Source of the DNA: Eubacteriales bacterium
Lineage (GTDB): Bacteria; Bacillota; Clostridia; Oscillospirales; CAG-382
DNA: 60,523 nucleotides
NCBI GenBank assembly: GCA_045657245.1
Contig: JAZOSQ010000058.1
Coordinates: forward strand, 1-60,523
Reading direction: 5' to 3'
Shown: in pieces, positions 38,386 to 48,474 of the stretch
Layout of the letters: each line of letters opens with the position of its first letter
How positions within the stretch are numbered: position 1 is the first letter of the stretch
Notes under the pieces: generated by a model
What the model was told of the DNA's origin: nothing
Databases searched by the model: none
The model's input: the letters and a program-made list of their open reading frames with translations, nothing else
Position numbers and translations under genes: made by a program

Positions 38386-39657
38386 TTATCTGTTTGTTAT
38401 AAATACTTTAAATAATGAATCGATTTTATCGGTCATGCCACAAACATATGCGGTCACAGGAGATATTTCCGAAGACGAGAAATCCTTTTTCACCAAGAAA
38501 TCGTCGGGGAAATATGTTTTGAAAAGTGAATCGGTATATTCAGCAAAACGTTTATCGGTATAGTCGAACACACCGAGAAGTTCGAGGATTGACGAACATA
38601 TCTCTTCGGGAGTTGATTTGTTGCCGATTGACACCCGTTCCCCGAAATAAATTTCGGTCGTCTCGCTATCTTCATATCGTGACGCAGACGTTTTTGCATC
38701 TTTATTAAGGCAAACTACGAAGAAATAGTTATCGTAATCCGACACATCAAAATTCGACTTTGCAAAGTTTGAAAGTGTTCCGAAGGCTGTTTCTGCAAAA
38801 TTAAGGTCGAAATCGATCGGTCTTGTTCCGATGATACCTGAATGGTCGTAATAGGCGGATTCATAGGTTATGTCTACGGCACCTTCATACTTTTCGGATT
38901 GCGTTTTCAGATAATCCATCGCTGTTGCGATTTTATTATGAAACGCTTCTTCCTGTGCTTTTGAAAATTCGGTTTCGTTATCCGAAATAAAAAGTTCTAT
39001 AACGAGAATCTTTCCCGAAAACTCGCAAAGCGAACCGAGATTTGAATAGGTTGGATCGACATTGACGGTTTCTTCTTTGGGGTTAATATGATATATACCG
39101 TTTTCCAAAAGCCATTTACCGTCACGTTTGAACGCCTTCAAAACAACTTCTTTGCCCGAAATGGTTTTAGCATTAATGAGTTTTAGGTTTTCATCGTCGC
39201 TATCGGAAACAGAAACGGTATTCGTATCAACGAAATCGTCATAACCACTACCCGCATGGTAGAACACCTTTGTTTTGCCGTCGAAATTTGATACCGACCT
39301 TTCGCTATATTGCGGATATTCAAGGAAAAAGGTTTTATTGTTACTTTCCTGAATATAAGTTGAATTCAGCAATTCTTCCACAGCAGAAAAATTATGAAAT
39401 TCATTATCCTCCGCCAAGGTATTAGAAAGCGAACCTTTATATTCTCCGAAAAGTGAATTACAAACAAACATTTCGGTTATTTGACGGTCGCGATTGATTA
39501 ATTCGATTGCATTTTCTTTCGTGAACGGTTCTTCGATTACATCGGAAGAAGCATCGATTGAATCGTCATTACCGCAAGCGCAAAACGACACCACAAGGAA
39601 GCCTATCACAAACAATAATATTAACTTGTTTCGTAAATGATAATTATAATATCTCAT
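38386..39657 (-). CDS. Hypothetical lipoprotein
   Basis: The 423-aa ORF has a signal peptide with a lipobox-like VSFCACG. I recognise no family. No SD precedes the ATG, and a consensus promoter ends 9 nt upstream. Confidence 0.7.
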   Translation of the reverse strand: MRYYNYHLRNKLILLFVIGFLVVSFCACGNDDSIDASSDVIEEPFTKENAIELINRDRQITEMFVCNSLFGEYKGSLSNTLAEDNEFHNFSAVEELLNSTYIQESNNKTFFLEYPQYSERSVSNFDGKTKVFYHAGSGYDDFVDTNTVSVSDSDDENLKLINAKTISGKEVVLKAFKRDGKWLLENGIYHINPKEETVNVDPTYSNLGSLCEFSGKILVIELFISDNETEFSKAQEEAFHNKIATAMDYLKTQSEKYEGAVDITYESAYYDHSGIIGTRPIDFDLNFAETAFGTLSNFAKSNFDVSDYDNYFFVVCLNKDAKTSASRYEDSETTEIYFGERVSIGNKSTPEEICSSILELLGVFDYTDKRFAEYTDSLFKTYFPDDFLVKKDFSSSEISPVTAYVCGMTDKIDSLFKVFITNR

Positions 39658-39666
39658 ATCATTATG

Positions 39667-39695
39667 ATTATAACAGACAAATATCCCGATATCAA
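39667..39695 (-). promoter_or_regulatory. Near-consensus promoter immediately upstream of the lipoprotein ATG
   Basis: On the minus strand I read TTGATA (39695..39690), a 17-nt spacer, then TATAAT (39672..39667). Only 9 nt separate the -10 from the ATG at 39657. Confidence 0.55.
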
Positions 39696-39707
39696 TAGAA
39701 AATTGTC

Positions 39708-40313
39708 TTAAAAAAGAATATTCTCGCGTACAACGCGCTTGATTTTCACCTTTTCTCCAAAAAAGGCGGCAACATATGAAGGATTAAGATAATCATTCCC
39801 CGCCGCATTGAGTTCAACACGTGCGATTATGCCGTGTTCAACGCTTTCGGCAGAAACGAATTTTGACATCGGAGAGATATCAACGAGCTTCTCCCCTGCC
39901 TTCGAACGCTTTGTAACCTCCATCTTACCTTCGAATGCCGAAGCGAATTCTTCGGGCGTGATTTCGGTTTCGAGTTCAAGTCGCCAAAGGGCTGTTTTTG
40001 TTTTCGGTTTTCCGCTCGGGAAGCTTACCGAAATGATATCCATTCCCGGAAAAGACGTTTTTTTGAGTTTTTCTTCGATTTCTTCGAGGGATACGGTTTC
40101 GGTTATTTTGAAATCGAAAAGTTCGCGTTCGCCTTCTTGATATATCGAAAGCGGAAGTGCAATATTCAATTTCGGATGGGGGTTGAATCCCTCGCTGTAT
40201 CCGATCGGAAGACCGCTTCTTACGAGCATTCTTGCGATTGCACGCTGAAGGTCGAGATGGGATATATATTTCAATTTACCGAGTTTTGTGAAGCATACAC
40301 GAACGTCAGTCAT
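39708..40313 (-). CDS. Radical-SAM-linked protein (TIGR03936/DUF2344-like)
   Basis: The N-terminus is VCFTKLGKLKYISHLDLQRAIARMLVRSGLP. The ATG at 40313 lies 8 nt after GGAGG and overlaps the stop of the upstream radical SAM gene by 8 nt. The family assignment is from memory. Confidence 0.8.
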   Translation of the reverse strand: MTDVRVCFTKLGKLKYISHLDLQRAIARMLVRSGLPIGYSEGFNPHPKLNIALPLSIYQEGERELFDFKITETVSLEEIEEKLKKTSFPGMDIISVSFPSGKPKTKTALWRLELETEITPEEFASAFEGKMEVTKRSKAGEKLVDISPMSKFVSAESVEHGIIARVELNAAGNDYLNPSYVAAFFGEKVKIKRVVRENILF

Positions 40314-42171
40314 TTTCTTTACCTCCGTCGCAAATACATTTTCCGTTACAAAGCTTTGAAGCACCGCAACCCGAACATTTGGTTTTGCAATCGGGAGTGG
40401 TTTCGGCTTTCAACGCTTTTTCGTATTCATTCTTCATAAACTTCTTTGTTACACCGATATCGATGAAATCCCAAGGAAGTATTTCGTCTTCGCCGAATCG
40501 ACGGTTCGCATAGAACGCAGGGTCGATTCCGCAATCGGAAAAGACGTTTATCCAGTTATCATAGCTGAAATATTCGTCCCAGCCGTCGAGCATCATATTT
40601 CTCTTATATGCTTCTGCCAAGCATTTACCAAGTTTTCTGTCGCCGCGGGCAAAAACAGCTTCGATACGCGAAACACGTGCATCGTGATATTTATATGAGA
40701 TTTTCTTCGTTGTTATTTCGGATTTGAGAAGCTGTTGTTTTCTTTCAAGCTCTTCCAAAGTATCCTGTCCTTCCCATTGGAACGGTGTGAAGGGCTTCGG
40801 AACGAAGCAGGAAACGCTGACGGTTACATTTACTCCCCTGCCACCGCCTTTACGTTTTTTAGAATAGTATGTATCGACGATATTCTGTCCGAGCGTTGCG
40901 ATACCGCAGATATCCTCGTCGGTTTCGGTCGGAAGTCCATTCATAAAATAGAGCTTCAAGCTGTTTCTTCCGCCGTCGAACGCTTTTTCGCAAGCGGTAA
41001 TGATTTCTTCTTCGGTTATGTTCTTGTTGATTACGTCACGAAGTCTTTGTGTTCCTGCTTCGGGAGCGAAGGTAAGACCACTCTTTCGTACAGACGAAAC
41101 CTTTTCGAGCAATTCTTCATAGAAATTATCGATTCTCATAGACGGCAAGGAAAGGTTTACGTTCTTCTTGTTCGTCCAAGGAAGGAGTTTATCGATAAGT
41201 TCGGGAAGGTGGGTATAGTCGCTTATAGAAAGTGAGGTCAAGGATATTTCGGTATAGCCCGAATGGTCTATCGATTTTTTCGCATTCTCGTTGAGCACAT
41301 CAGGAGATTTTTCACGATACGGGCGATAAACCATACCTGCCTGACAGAAGCGACAACCTCTTATACAGCCACGGAAAACCTCGAGCATTACACGGTCGTG
41401 AACGGTTTCGAGGAAGGGCACAGAGCAATTACAAGGGAAATACACCTCGTCGAGGTTGCTTATAATACGCTTTACAACCTTTTCGGGAACGCCCTCTCGG
41501 TTGGGGTTGAAGGACGAAATTGTTCCGTCTTCGTTATATTCAACATTATAAAGCGAAGGAACGTAGAATCCGTCAAGTTTTGATGCACGATAGAGTATTT
41601 CCTCACGGGGAACACCTTGTTTTTTGCAATCATCAACAAGCTTTGCAAGTTCCAAAAGCGCGTCCTCGCCTTCGCCTATCGAGAAAATATCGATAAAATC
41701 GGCGATAGGTTCGGGGTTATATGCACAAGGTCCACCTGCAATAACGATCGGGTCTGTTTCGTTTCTATCCTTCGACATCAAGGGGATATTGCCAAGACCG
41801 AGCATTTGCAAAACGTTCGTATAACAAAGCTCATACTGGAGTGTGAACGCAACGATATCAAACGCACTCAAAGGATCACCGCTTTCGAGCGCATAGAGAG
41901 GCATTTTATGCTTTATAAGCTGTTCTCGCATATCGGGCCAAGGCATATAGCTTCGTTCACAGCTTATATATCCCGTATTGTTGAAGCAACCCGAAAGAAT
42001 CTTCATTCCGAGGTTCGACATACCAATCTCATAGGTATCTGGGAAACAGAAGCAAACACGAAGTGATGCATCATCGGGGTTCGGAACGTCAGAAGCATAT
42101 TCTCCACCGACGTAACGTCCGGGTTTTTCGACGTTTTCGAGCAGAGGGGCATATTTTTCGTAATCTATCAA
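40306..42171 (-). CDS. Uncharacterised B12-binding-domain radical SAM protein (TIGR03960-like)
   Basis: The 621-aa ORF has the CIRGCRFC (CxxxCxxC) cluster motif. It uses a TTG start 8 nt after AAGGAG, forming a TTGA overlap with the uvrA stop. Confidence 0.85.
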   Translation of the reverse strand: MIDYEKYAPLLENVEKPGRYVGGEYASDVPNPDDASLRVCFCFPDTYEIGMSNLGMKILSGCFNNTGYISCERSYMPWPDMREQLIKHKMPLYALESGDPLSAFDIVAFTLQYELCYTNVLQMLGLGNIPLMSKDRNETDPIVIAGGPCAYNPEPIADFIDIFSIGEGEDALLELAKLVDDCKKQGVPREEILYRASKLDGFYVPSLYNVEYNEDGTISSFNPNREGVPEKVVKRIISNLDEVYFPCNCSVPFLETVHDRVMLEVFRGCIRGCRFCQAGMVYRPYREKSPDVLNENAKKSIDHSGYTEISLTSLSISDYTHLPELIDKLLPWTNKKNVNLSLPSMRIDNFYEELLEKVSSVRKSGLTFAPEAGTQRLRDVINKNITEEEIITACEKAFDGGRNSLKLYFMNGLPTETDEDICGIATLGQNIVDTYYSKKRKGGGRGVNVTVSVSCFVPKPFTPFQWEGQDTLEELERKQQLLKSEITTKKISYKYHDARVSRIEAVFARGDRKLGKCLAEAYKRNMMLDGWDEYFSYDNWINVFSDCGIDPAFYANRRFGEDEILPWDFIDIGVTKKFMKNEYEKALKAETTPDCKTKCSGCGASKLCNGKCICDGGKEND

Positions 42172-44972
42172 TTTAATTTCTCCTTAAGATAAAATCCTGT
42201 ATAGCTGTTTTCGTTTTGGGCGACTTCTTCAGGTGTGCCCTTTGCGACAACACGTCCACCGCCGTCGCCTCCGTCAGGACCGAGGTCGATTATATAGTCG
42301 GCGGTCTTTATTAAGTCGAGGTTATGCTCGATTACAACGACGGAGTTACCTGCATCAACGAGCTTTTGCAACACGGACACAAGCTTATTAACGTCGTCGG
42401 TATGCAATCCCGTCGTCGGTTCGTCGAGGACATAGAGTGTCTTGCCTGTTGCACGTTTTGCGAGTTCGTTCGCAAGTTTGACACGTTGCGCCTCACCGCC
42501 CGAAAGCGTGGGTGCAGGTTGACCTATCTTGACGTAACCGAGTCCGACGTCACAGAGAGTATCGAGTTTTCTTTTTATCGAGGGATAGTTTTGGAAGAAT
42601 TCTCTTCCTTCTTCGCAAGTCATTTCGAGCACGTCATAGATCGACTTGCCTTTATATTTGATTTCAAGGGTTTCATGGTTATAACGTCTTCCCTTGCAAA
42701 CGTCACAGGTGACATAAACGTCGGGAAGGAAGTGCATTTCAATAGTTAAAGTACCGTCACCACGACAGGATTCACAACGTCCGCCCTTTACGTTAAAGGA
42801 GAATCTGCCTTCGCTGTATCCTCTTGCTTTCGCATCGGGTGTTGAAGCAAATACCGCACGGATATCGTTGAAAAGTCCGATATAGGTTGCAGGGTTGGAA
42901 CGGGGGTTACGGCCTATCGGCGATTGGTCGATTTGGATTATCTTATCGATATCATCAGCGCCGACGATTTCTTTATGCTTACCGGGAATTACCGAAAGTT
43001 TGCCGAGTTTTCTCGCAAGGGTGTTATACAACACCGAGTTCACAAGACTTGATTTACCCGAACCCGAAACACCAGTAACACAAACAAATTCTCCGAGAGG
43101 TATTGTTACGTCGATATCCTTCAAGTTGTTTTCCTTTGCGCCTACGACGGTTATGAATTTTCCGTTGCCCGAACGGCGTTGTTTGGGTATTGAAACACTT
43201 TTCTTGCCGGAAAGGTATTGGCCTGTTATCGATTCCTTGCATTTCTTAATCTGCGCGGGAGTGCCAGTAAACACGACCTCGCCACCGTGGACACCTGCAC
43301 CGGGTCCGATATCAACGATGAAATCGGCTTCTTCGATCGTTTCTTCGTCGTGTTCGACCACAAGAACAGTATTACCGATATCACGAAGTTTTTTGAGGGT
43401 ATTTATAAGTTTTCTGTTATCGCGTTGGTGAAGTCCTATACTCGGCTCGTCGAGAACGTACATAACACCGACAAGCGAACTGCCTATTTGAGTCGCCAAT
43501 CTTATTCTCTGTGCTTCACCGCCCGAAAGCGAACCTGCTTTACGGGAAAGCGTGAGATAGCCCAATCCGACGTTTTCGAGGAAGGACAAACGTGCATTAA
43601 TTTCTTTTAAGATTTCTTTCGCTATTTCTTGGTGGGTTTTCGACAATTTCAGCGTCGCGAAGAATTTTCTTGCTTTTATTACCGAAAGATTACAAAGCTC
43701 GGATATATTCAATCCTCCGACGGTTACGGCAAGAGATTCGTTTTTAAGACGCATTCCGTTACATTCGGGGCATGGTATATAGTCCATAAACTGTTCGTAA
43801 TACTCACGGGTTTCATACCCACCGCCCATTTTATAGCGTTTATCTATCATACCGATAACGCCTTTGAAGGAGGGTTCTGCAACCGATTTGCGTTTGCGCT
43901 TATTACCGTACATAAGAACGCTGAACGCTTCTTCGGAATAGTCGCATATCGGAGTATGAACGTCAAAGCCGTGATATCTACCGACAGAATTTATGAGTTC
44001 TGCAAAATATCCGCCCGGTTCGGCACTCTTAAAGCCGTTACAGACGATTGCACCTGCGAATATCGAAACCGATTTATCGGGAATGAGTTTTTCTTCGGAA
44101 AATACGTTGTTTTCGCCCAAGCCAGAACATGCTTCACAAGCACCCGAGGGATTATTGAAGGAGAACATACGAGGGGTCAATTCACCTATCGAAACACCGT
44201 GGGTCTTACAAGCATAGTTTTGGGAAAACGTCATTTCGTTATCGTCGTCGGGGGCATCGGGGAAGAAAATCTTTATTATTCCGCCCGCAAGTTTCGAAGA
44301 AGTTTCGATACTTTCAGCAAGGCGCGAACGTATATCCCCTCTCATAACGAGGCGGTCTACAACGATATCGACATCGTGTTTTTGGTTCTTATCAAGCTCT
44401 ATCTTTTCGGAAAGGTCATACATTATTCCGTCAACACGGACACGAACATATCCGCTTTTTCTTGCGTCCTCAAACACCTTTTCGTGCATACCCTTTTTCG
44501 CCGAAACGACGGGTGCAAGTACGATAAAACGTGTTCCCTCTTCGAGCTCGGAGATATGTTCGACAATCTCATCGACCGATTGTTGATCTATCTTTTCGCC
44601 GCAAACGGGACAATGAGGGATACCTATTCTTGCGTAAAGCAAACGGAGATAGTCATAAATTTCGGTCGCAGTACCGACGGTCGAGCGAGGGTTACGAGAG
44701 GTTGTTTTCTGGTCTATCGAGATTGCAGGAGAAAGACCGTCGATCATATCGACGTCGGGTTTATCAAGTTGTCCCAAAAACATTCTCGCATAGGACGAAA
44801 GCGATTCAACGAAACGGCGGTGTCCTTCGGCATAAAGCGTGTCGAAAGCAAGACTCGATTTACCCGAACCCGAAAGTCCCGTGAATACAACGAGCTTATC
44901 GCGAGGTATCGTCACGGAAACGTCTTTCAAATTATGCACTCTTGCGCCTTTTACAACGATTTTATCAGACAT
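42168..44972 (-). CDS. uvrA: Excinuclease ABC subunit A
   Basis: The 934-aa ORF has two ABC modules ([19 protein letters not shown]; [11 protein letters not shown]) and zinc-finger Cys pairs. Confidence 0.97.
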   Translation of the reverse strand: MSDKIVVKGARVHNLKDVSVTIPRDKLVVFTGLSGSGKSSLAFDTLYAEGHRRFVESLSSYARMFLGQLDKPDVDMIDGLSPAISIDQKTTSRNPRSTVGTATEIYDYLRLLYARIGIPHCPVCGEKIDQQSVDEIVEHISELEEGTRFIVLAPVVSAKKGMHEKVFEDARKSGYVRVRVDGIMYDLSEKIELDKNQKHDVDIVVDRLVMRGDIRSRLAESIETSSKLAGGIIKIFFPDAPDDDNEMTFSQNYACKTHGVSIGELTPRMFSFNNPSGACEACSGLGENNVFSEEKLIPDKSVSIFAGAIVCNGFKSAEPGGYFAELINSVGRYHGFDVHTPICDYSEEAFSVLMYGNKRKRKSVAEPSFKGVIGMIDKRYKMGGGYETREYYEQFMDYIPCPECNGMRLKNESLAVTVGGLNISELCNLSVIKARKFFATLKLSKTHQEIAKEILKEINARLSFLENVGLGYLTLSRKAGSLSGGEAQRIRLATQIGSSLVGVMYVLDEPSIGLHQRDNRKLINTLKKLRDIGNTVLVVEHDEETIEEADFIVDIGPGAGVHGGEVVFTGTPAQIKKCKESITGQYLSGKKSVSIPKQRRSGNGKFITVVGAKENNLKDIDVTIPLGEFVCVTGVSGSGKSSLVNSVLYNTLARKLGKLSVIPGKHKEIVGADDIDKIIQIDQSPIGRNPRSNPATYIGLFNDIRAVFASTPDAKARGYSEGRFSFNVKGGRCESCRGDGTLTIEMHFLPDVYVTCDVCKGRRYNHETLEIKYKGKSIYDVLEMTCEEGREFFQNYPSIKRKLDTLCDVGLGYVKIGQPAPTLSGGEAQRVKLANELAKRATGKTLYVLDEPTTGLHTDDVNKLVSVLQKLVDAGNSVVVIEHNLDLIKTADYIIDLGPDGGDGGGRVVAKGTPEEVAQNENSYTGFYLKEKLN

Positions 44973-44991
44973 ATTTTTTCCTCATTAATCA

Positions 44992-46947
44992 TTACATTAA
45001 ACGTCTTATTCTGTCACGGATAACTGCCGCCGTTTCGAAATCAAGGTCCTTTGCGGCACGTTTCATATCGGCAGTAAGCTTATCGATGAGTTTCTTCTTA
45101 TCTTCCTTCGAAAGTTTCTTATTCTTTTCGAGTTTTTCCGCTTCCTTCTTCGAGGTTATCTCTATCGGTGCGCGGATATCTTTTACTATTGTCTTCGGAG
45201 TTATGCCGTTTGCTTTGTTATATGCATCCTGAATCTTGCGGCGGCGGTTTGTTTCACCTATCGCACGTTTCATCGATTCGGTTTCGGTATCGGCATACAT
45301 TATAACCTTGCCTTCGGCATTTCTCGCGGCTCTGCCTATCGTCTGTACAAGCGATATCTCGCTTCGCAAGAAACCCTCTTTATCTGCATCCAATATCGCA
45401 ACAAGCGATACTTCGGGAAGGTCAAGCCCTTCTCTTAACAGGTTTATACCCACAAGAACGTCAAATTCGCCTGCACGTAGTCCGCGAAGGATATCCATTC
45501 GTTCCATTGTGTCGATATCATAATGCATATAACGGCATTTGATTCCCGAAAGCTCGAAAAATTCGGTTAGATCCTCCGCCATTTTCTTTGTTAGGGTCGT
45601 TACCAAAACCCTCTCCTTCTTGGCGGCGCGGATTCTTATTTCACCCGCAAGGTCGTCGATCTGTCCCTTTGTGGGGCGAACCTCGACTATCGGATCAAGC
45701 AAACCTGTCGGACGGATTATCTGTTCTACAAGTTTTGTCGAAAGCGAACGTTCATATTCCTTCGGGGTTGCGCTGACGTATATCGTCTGACCGCGTTTTT
45801 TATTGAATTCATCGAAAACAAGGGGACGGTTATCATATGCAGACGGCAAACGGAAGCCGTAATCTATAAGGTTCTTTTTTCTTGCTTTATCCCCTGCCGC
45901 CATACCGCGAACCTGAGGAAGCATAACGTGGCTTTCGTCGACGAACATAATAAAATCCGACGGAAAATAGTCAAGCAAGGTATAGGGTGCACTTCCCGGT
46001 TCTCTGCCCGAAAGCACACGGGAATAGTTTTCGACACCCGAACAGAAGCCGATTTCACGAATTTGTTCGACGTCGAACATCGTACGTTCACGGATACGCT
46101 GGGCTTCGATGAGTTTGTTTTCTTTTTCGAAATATTCGATGCGTTCGTCAAGCTCTTTTACGATTTCGTCAAGCGCTTTCTTGCGTGTTTCGGACGAGGT
46201 TACATAGTGAGAAGCAGGATAGATTGCAACATAGGACATATCCGCAACCGCTTCGCCTGTTACGACGTTGATCTTGCAGATTCGGTCGACCTCGTCACCG
46301 AAAAGCTCGACTCTTACGGCATCGGTATCGGTATTTGACGGGAATATATCGATAACGTCGCCTCTTACACGAAAATTGTTACGTTCAAAGCCGATATCAC
46401 TTCGGGCATACTGCAAAGCAACAAGACGTTTGATTATATCGTCTCTCGGGAAGGTTGAACCCCTTCTTATTGAAAGCACCTGTTCGGCATATTCCGACGG
46501 GTCACCGAGAGAATAGATACAGCTTACCGAAGCGACGATGATAACGTCACGACGTTCGAAAAGAGAGCTTGTTGCCGAATGGCGCAATTTATCTATTTCC
46601 GCGTTGGTCGCGGCATCTTTTTCGATATAGATATCCTTACCCGGAACGTATGCCTCGGGTTGATAATAGTCATAATAGGAAACAAAGAACTCAACCGCGT
46701 TTTCGGGGAAAAATTCACGCATTTCCGAACAGACCTGAGCCGCAAGAGTTTTGTTCGGTTCGAGAATTATTGCGGGACGGTTTGAACGAGCGATGATATT
46801 CGCCATCGTGAAGGTCTTACCGGAACCTGTAACACCAATCAGAGTTTGGTCTCTGTCGCCGTTTTTCAGACCTTCGACAAGCGCATTTATCGCTTCGGGT
46901 TGGTCACCCGTAGGCAAAAAATCCGAAACCAATTTGAATTGTCCCAT
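44992..46947 (-). CDS. uvrB: Excinuclease ABC subunit B
   Basis: The 651-aa ORF has a [12 protein letters not shown] helicase core and a C-terminal UVR motif ([17 protein letters not shown]). Confidence 0.97.
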   Translation of the reverse strand: MGQFKLVSDFLPTGDQPEAINALVEGLKNGDRDQTLIGVTGSGKTFTMANIIARSNRPAIILEPNKTLAAQVCSEMREFFPENAVEFFVSYYDYYQPEAYVPGKDIYIEKDAATNAEIDKLRHSATSSLFERRDVIIVASVSCIYSLGDPSEYAEQVLSIRRGSTFPRDDIIKRLVALQYARSDIGFERNNFRVRGDVIDIFPSNTDTDAVRVELFGDEVDRICKINVVTGEAVADMSYVAIYPASHYVTSSETRKKALDEIVKELDERIEYFEKENKLIEAQRIRERTMFDVEQIREIGFCSGVENYSRVLSGREPGSAPYTLLDYFPSDFIMFVDESHVMLPQVRGMAAGDKARKKNLIDYGFRLPSAYDNRPLVFDEFNKKRGQTIYVSATPKEYERSLSTKLVEQIIRPTGLLDPIVEVRPTKGQIDDLAGEIRIRAAKKERVLVTTLTKKMAEDLTEFFELSGIKCRYMHYDIDTMERMDILRGLRAGEFDVLVGINLLREGLDLPEVSLVAILDADKEGFLRSEISLVQTIGRAARNAEGKVIMYADTETESMKRAIGETNRRRKIQDAYNKANGITPKTIVKDIRAPIEITSKKEAEKLEKNKKLSKEDKKKLIDKLTADMKRAAKDLDFETAAVIRDRIRRLM

Positions 46948-47045
46948 AGCAAAACCTCCTCAAAAATTCTTAGTATTTTATTCTACCACAAAATCGCATA
47001 AATTAAAAGGGGATTTGTTAAGTTTTTTCATAAACTTCAACGATT

Positions 47046-48329
47046 TTATATCAAGTTATTATTAATCGCGGATGCAATATTTATCGAGGTGTTGCCGAAG
47101 CGTTTTTTTATGTTATCGACGGTGTTTTCAAGGGAGTGAATCTTTTTATATTTTTCTTCCCAAGGGAGCGGGAAAAAGCATTGTTGAAAGATATTTTCGT
47201 CTTGTCTTGTCAGTTTTTCGGCATGTACCGTCAAGGAATACAGTGCTTCGTTGCGGTTTAGGTTTGACCTTATTATTCCGAGTGCGGTTTTTGATATTTC
47301 GTGAAAAAGACAGGTCGGGTGGGACAAAGTCGCCGAGCGGTTCGACGTTGACAAGTCCTGACGGCGCATCGTTACCGCTACGTTATTACAGCAAAGACCG
47401 TGTTTTCTCAATCTTTCGGCAACCGACAAGGAAAGATAGGTTACGGCAAAAGAGATATCCTCGTCTGTTTCGAGGTCGTGTCGAAAGGTCATACCGTTGC
47501 TTACCGATTTCGGTTCGGGCTCGAACCCCGCCTGTGTTACCTCCGAAAAATCACGTCCCAAGGCGAAATTCTTTAGCATCATGCCGTTTTTTCCAATTTT
47601 TTGCGAAAGAAGATCATCGTCACAACAGGCAAGGTCCCCGATCGTTCGTACACCAATCGTTTCGAACGCTTTTACGCTTGACGGGCCGACGAACAGAAGA
47701 CAAGAAACAGGCAGAGGCCAGACAATTGACGCAAATCTGTCGGGCGGTATTACCGAGGTTGCGTTCGGTTTTTGAAGGTCGCTTCCCAATTTCGCAAAAA
47801 CCTTATTGAAGGAAACGCCGATAGAAACGGTTATTCCGAGTTCGTTTTTTACACGTTCACGAATAGAATCAGCTATTTCCCTGCCGTTGCCAAAAAGCTT
47901 TAGCGAACCCGTTACGTCGAGCCAACTTTCGTCGATACCGAACGGTTCTATCAGATCGGTATAGTCATAAAAAATACGGTTCATTTTTTGCGACATTTCG
48001 CCGTAAAGTCCATAAGTTGGGCGGACTGTCAGAAGTTCGGGGCATTTTCTTTTCGCAGACCAGACGGTTTCGGCTGTTTTTATGTTATATTTCGCAGCGA
48101 GTTCGTTTTTTGCCAAAACGATACCGTGACGGTCTTCAACACTTCCGCAGACCGCCATAGGTACATCTTTATATTCGGGATGCAACGCAGTTTCGCAGGA
48201 AGCGAAAAAAGAATTTGCGTCGCAATGTAAAATCGTTCGGTATTTATTCGGTTCAAAAGTGCTGTTCTGTGCGCTTTTGAAATTTGACGTATACATTATT
48301 TTCGATTTATCATTAGGACCCATATACAT
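47046..48329 (-). CDS. dinB: Y-family DNA polymerase (DinB/Pol IV-like)
   Basis: The 427-aa ORF has ILHCDANSFFASCE and GIDESWLDVTG catalytic motifs. The ATG at 48329 lies 9 nt after GAGG. Confidence 0.88.
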   Translation of the reverse strand: MYMGPNDKSKIMYTSNFKSAQNSTFEPNKYRTILHCDANSFFASCETALHPEYKDVPMAVCGSVEDRHGIVLAKNELAAKYNIKTAETVWSAKRKCPELLTVRPTYGLYGEMSQKMNRIFYDYTDLIEPFGIDESWLDVTGSLKLFGNGREIADSIRERVKNELGITVSIGVSFNKVFAKLGSDLQKPNATSVIPPDRFASIVWPLPVSCLLFVGPSSVKAFETIGVRTIGDLACCDDDLLSQKIGKNGMMLKNFALGRDFSEVTQAGFEPEPKSVSNGMTFRHDLETDEDISFAVTYLSLSVAERLRKHGLCCNNVAVTMRRQDLSTSNRSATLSHPTCLFHEISKTALGIIRSNLNRNEALYSLTVHAEKLTRQDENIFQQCFFPLPWEEKYKKIHSLENTVDNIKKRFGNTSINIASAINNNLI

Positions 48330-48368
48330 TGAATCTTCCCTCTTTTCAAGGTTTTTTCGAACGTTTAT

Positions 48369-48397
48369 ATGATAACACCCGAACGTTTGTTTGTCAA
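48369..48397 (-). promoter_or_regulatory. Candidate dinB promoter
   Basis: On the minus strand I read TTGACA (48397..48392), a 17-nt spacer, then TATCAT (48374..48369). Confidence 0.5.
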
Positions 48398-48409
48398 GAA
48401 CAAACGTTC
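48381..48409. promoter_or_regulatory. LexA (Cheo-type SOS) operator sites
   Basis: GAACAAACGTTC (48398..48409) is a perfect GAAC-N4-GTTC box abutting the -35. GAACGTTTGTTT (48381..48392) is an 11/12 match within the promoter spacer. Confidence 0.65.
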
Positions 48410-48417
48410 TTTTTGCG

Positions 48418-48459
48418 TCAGAAAAAGAAAACGCCGAGCGTTTATGCTCGACGTTTTTT
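48418..48459 (-). terminator. Terminator downstream of the GT2 gene
   Basis: A 9-bp stem with one mismatch (ACGCCGAGC / GCTCGACGT) is T-rich on both flanks. Confidence 0.65.
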
Positions 48460-48474
48460 GTTGTTTTTTTTTGA

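Noticed and set aside
43629-45023. Very long antisense ORFs opposite well-identified genes. Examples are 464 aa opposite uvrA, 528 aa at 51290..52876 opposite aconitase, 329 aa at 36956..37945 opposite uppS/frr/pyrH, and 408 aa at 48970..50196 opposite GT2/icd.
   Set aside because: The sense-strand products are unambiguous conserved proteins. The antisense ORFs lack RBSs, cross gene boundaries and have low-complexity shadow-like composition. They probably arise from codon bias that depletes stop codons in one antisense frame.
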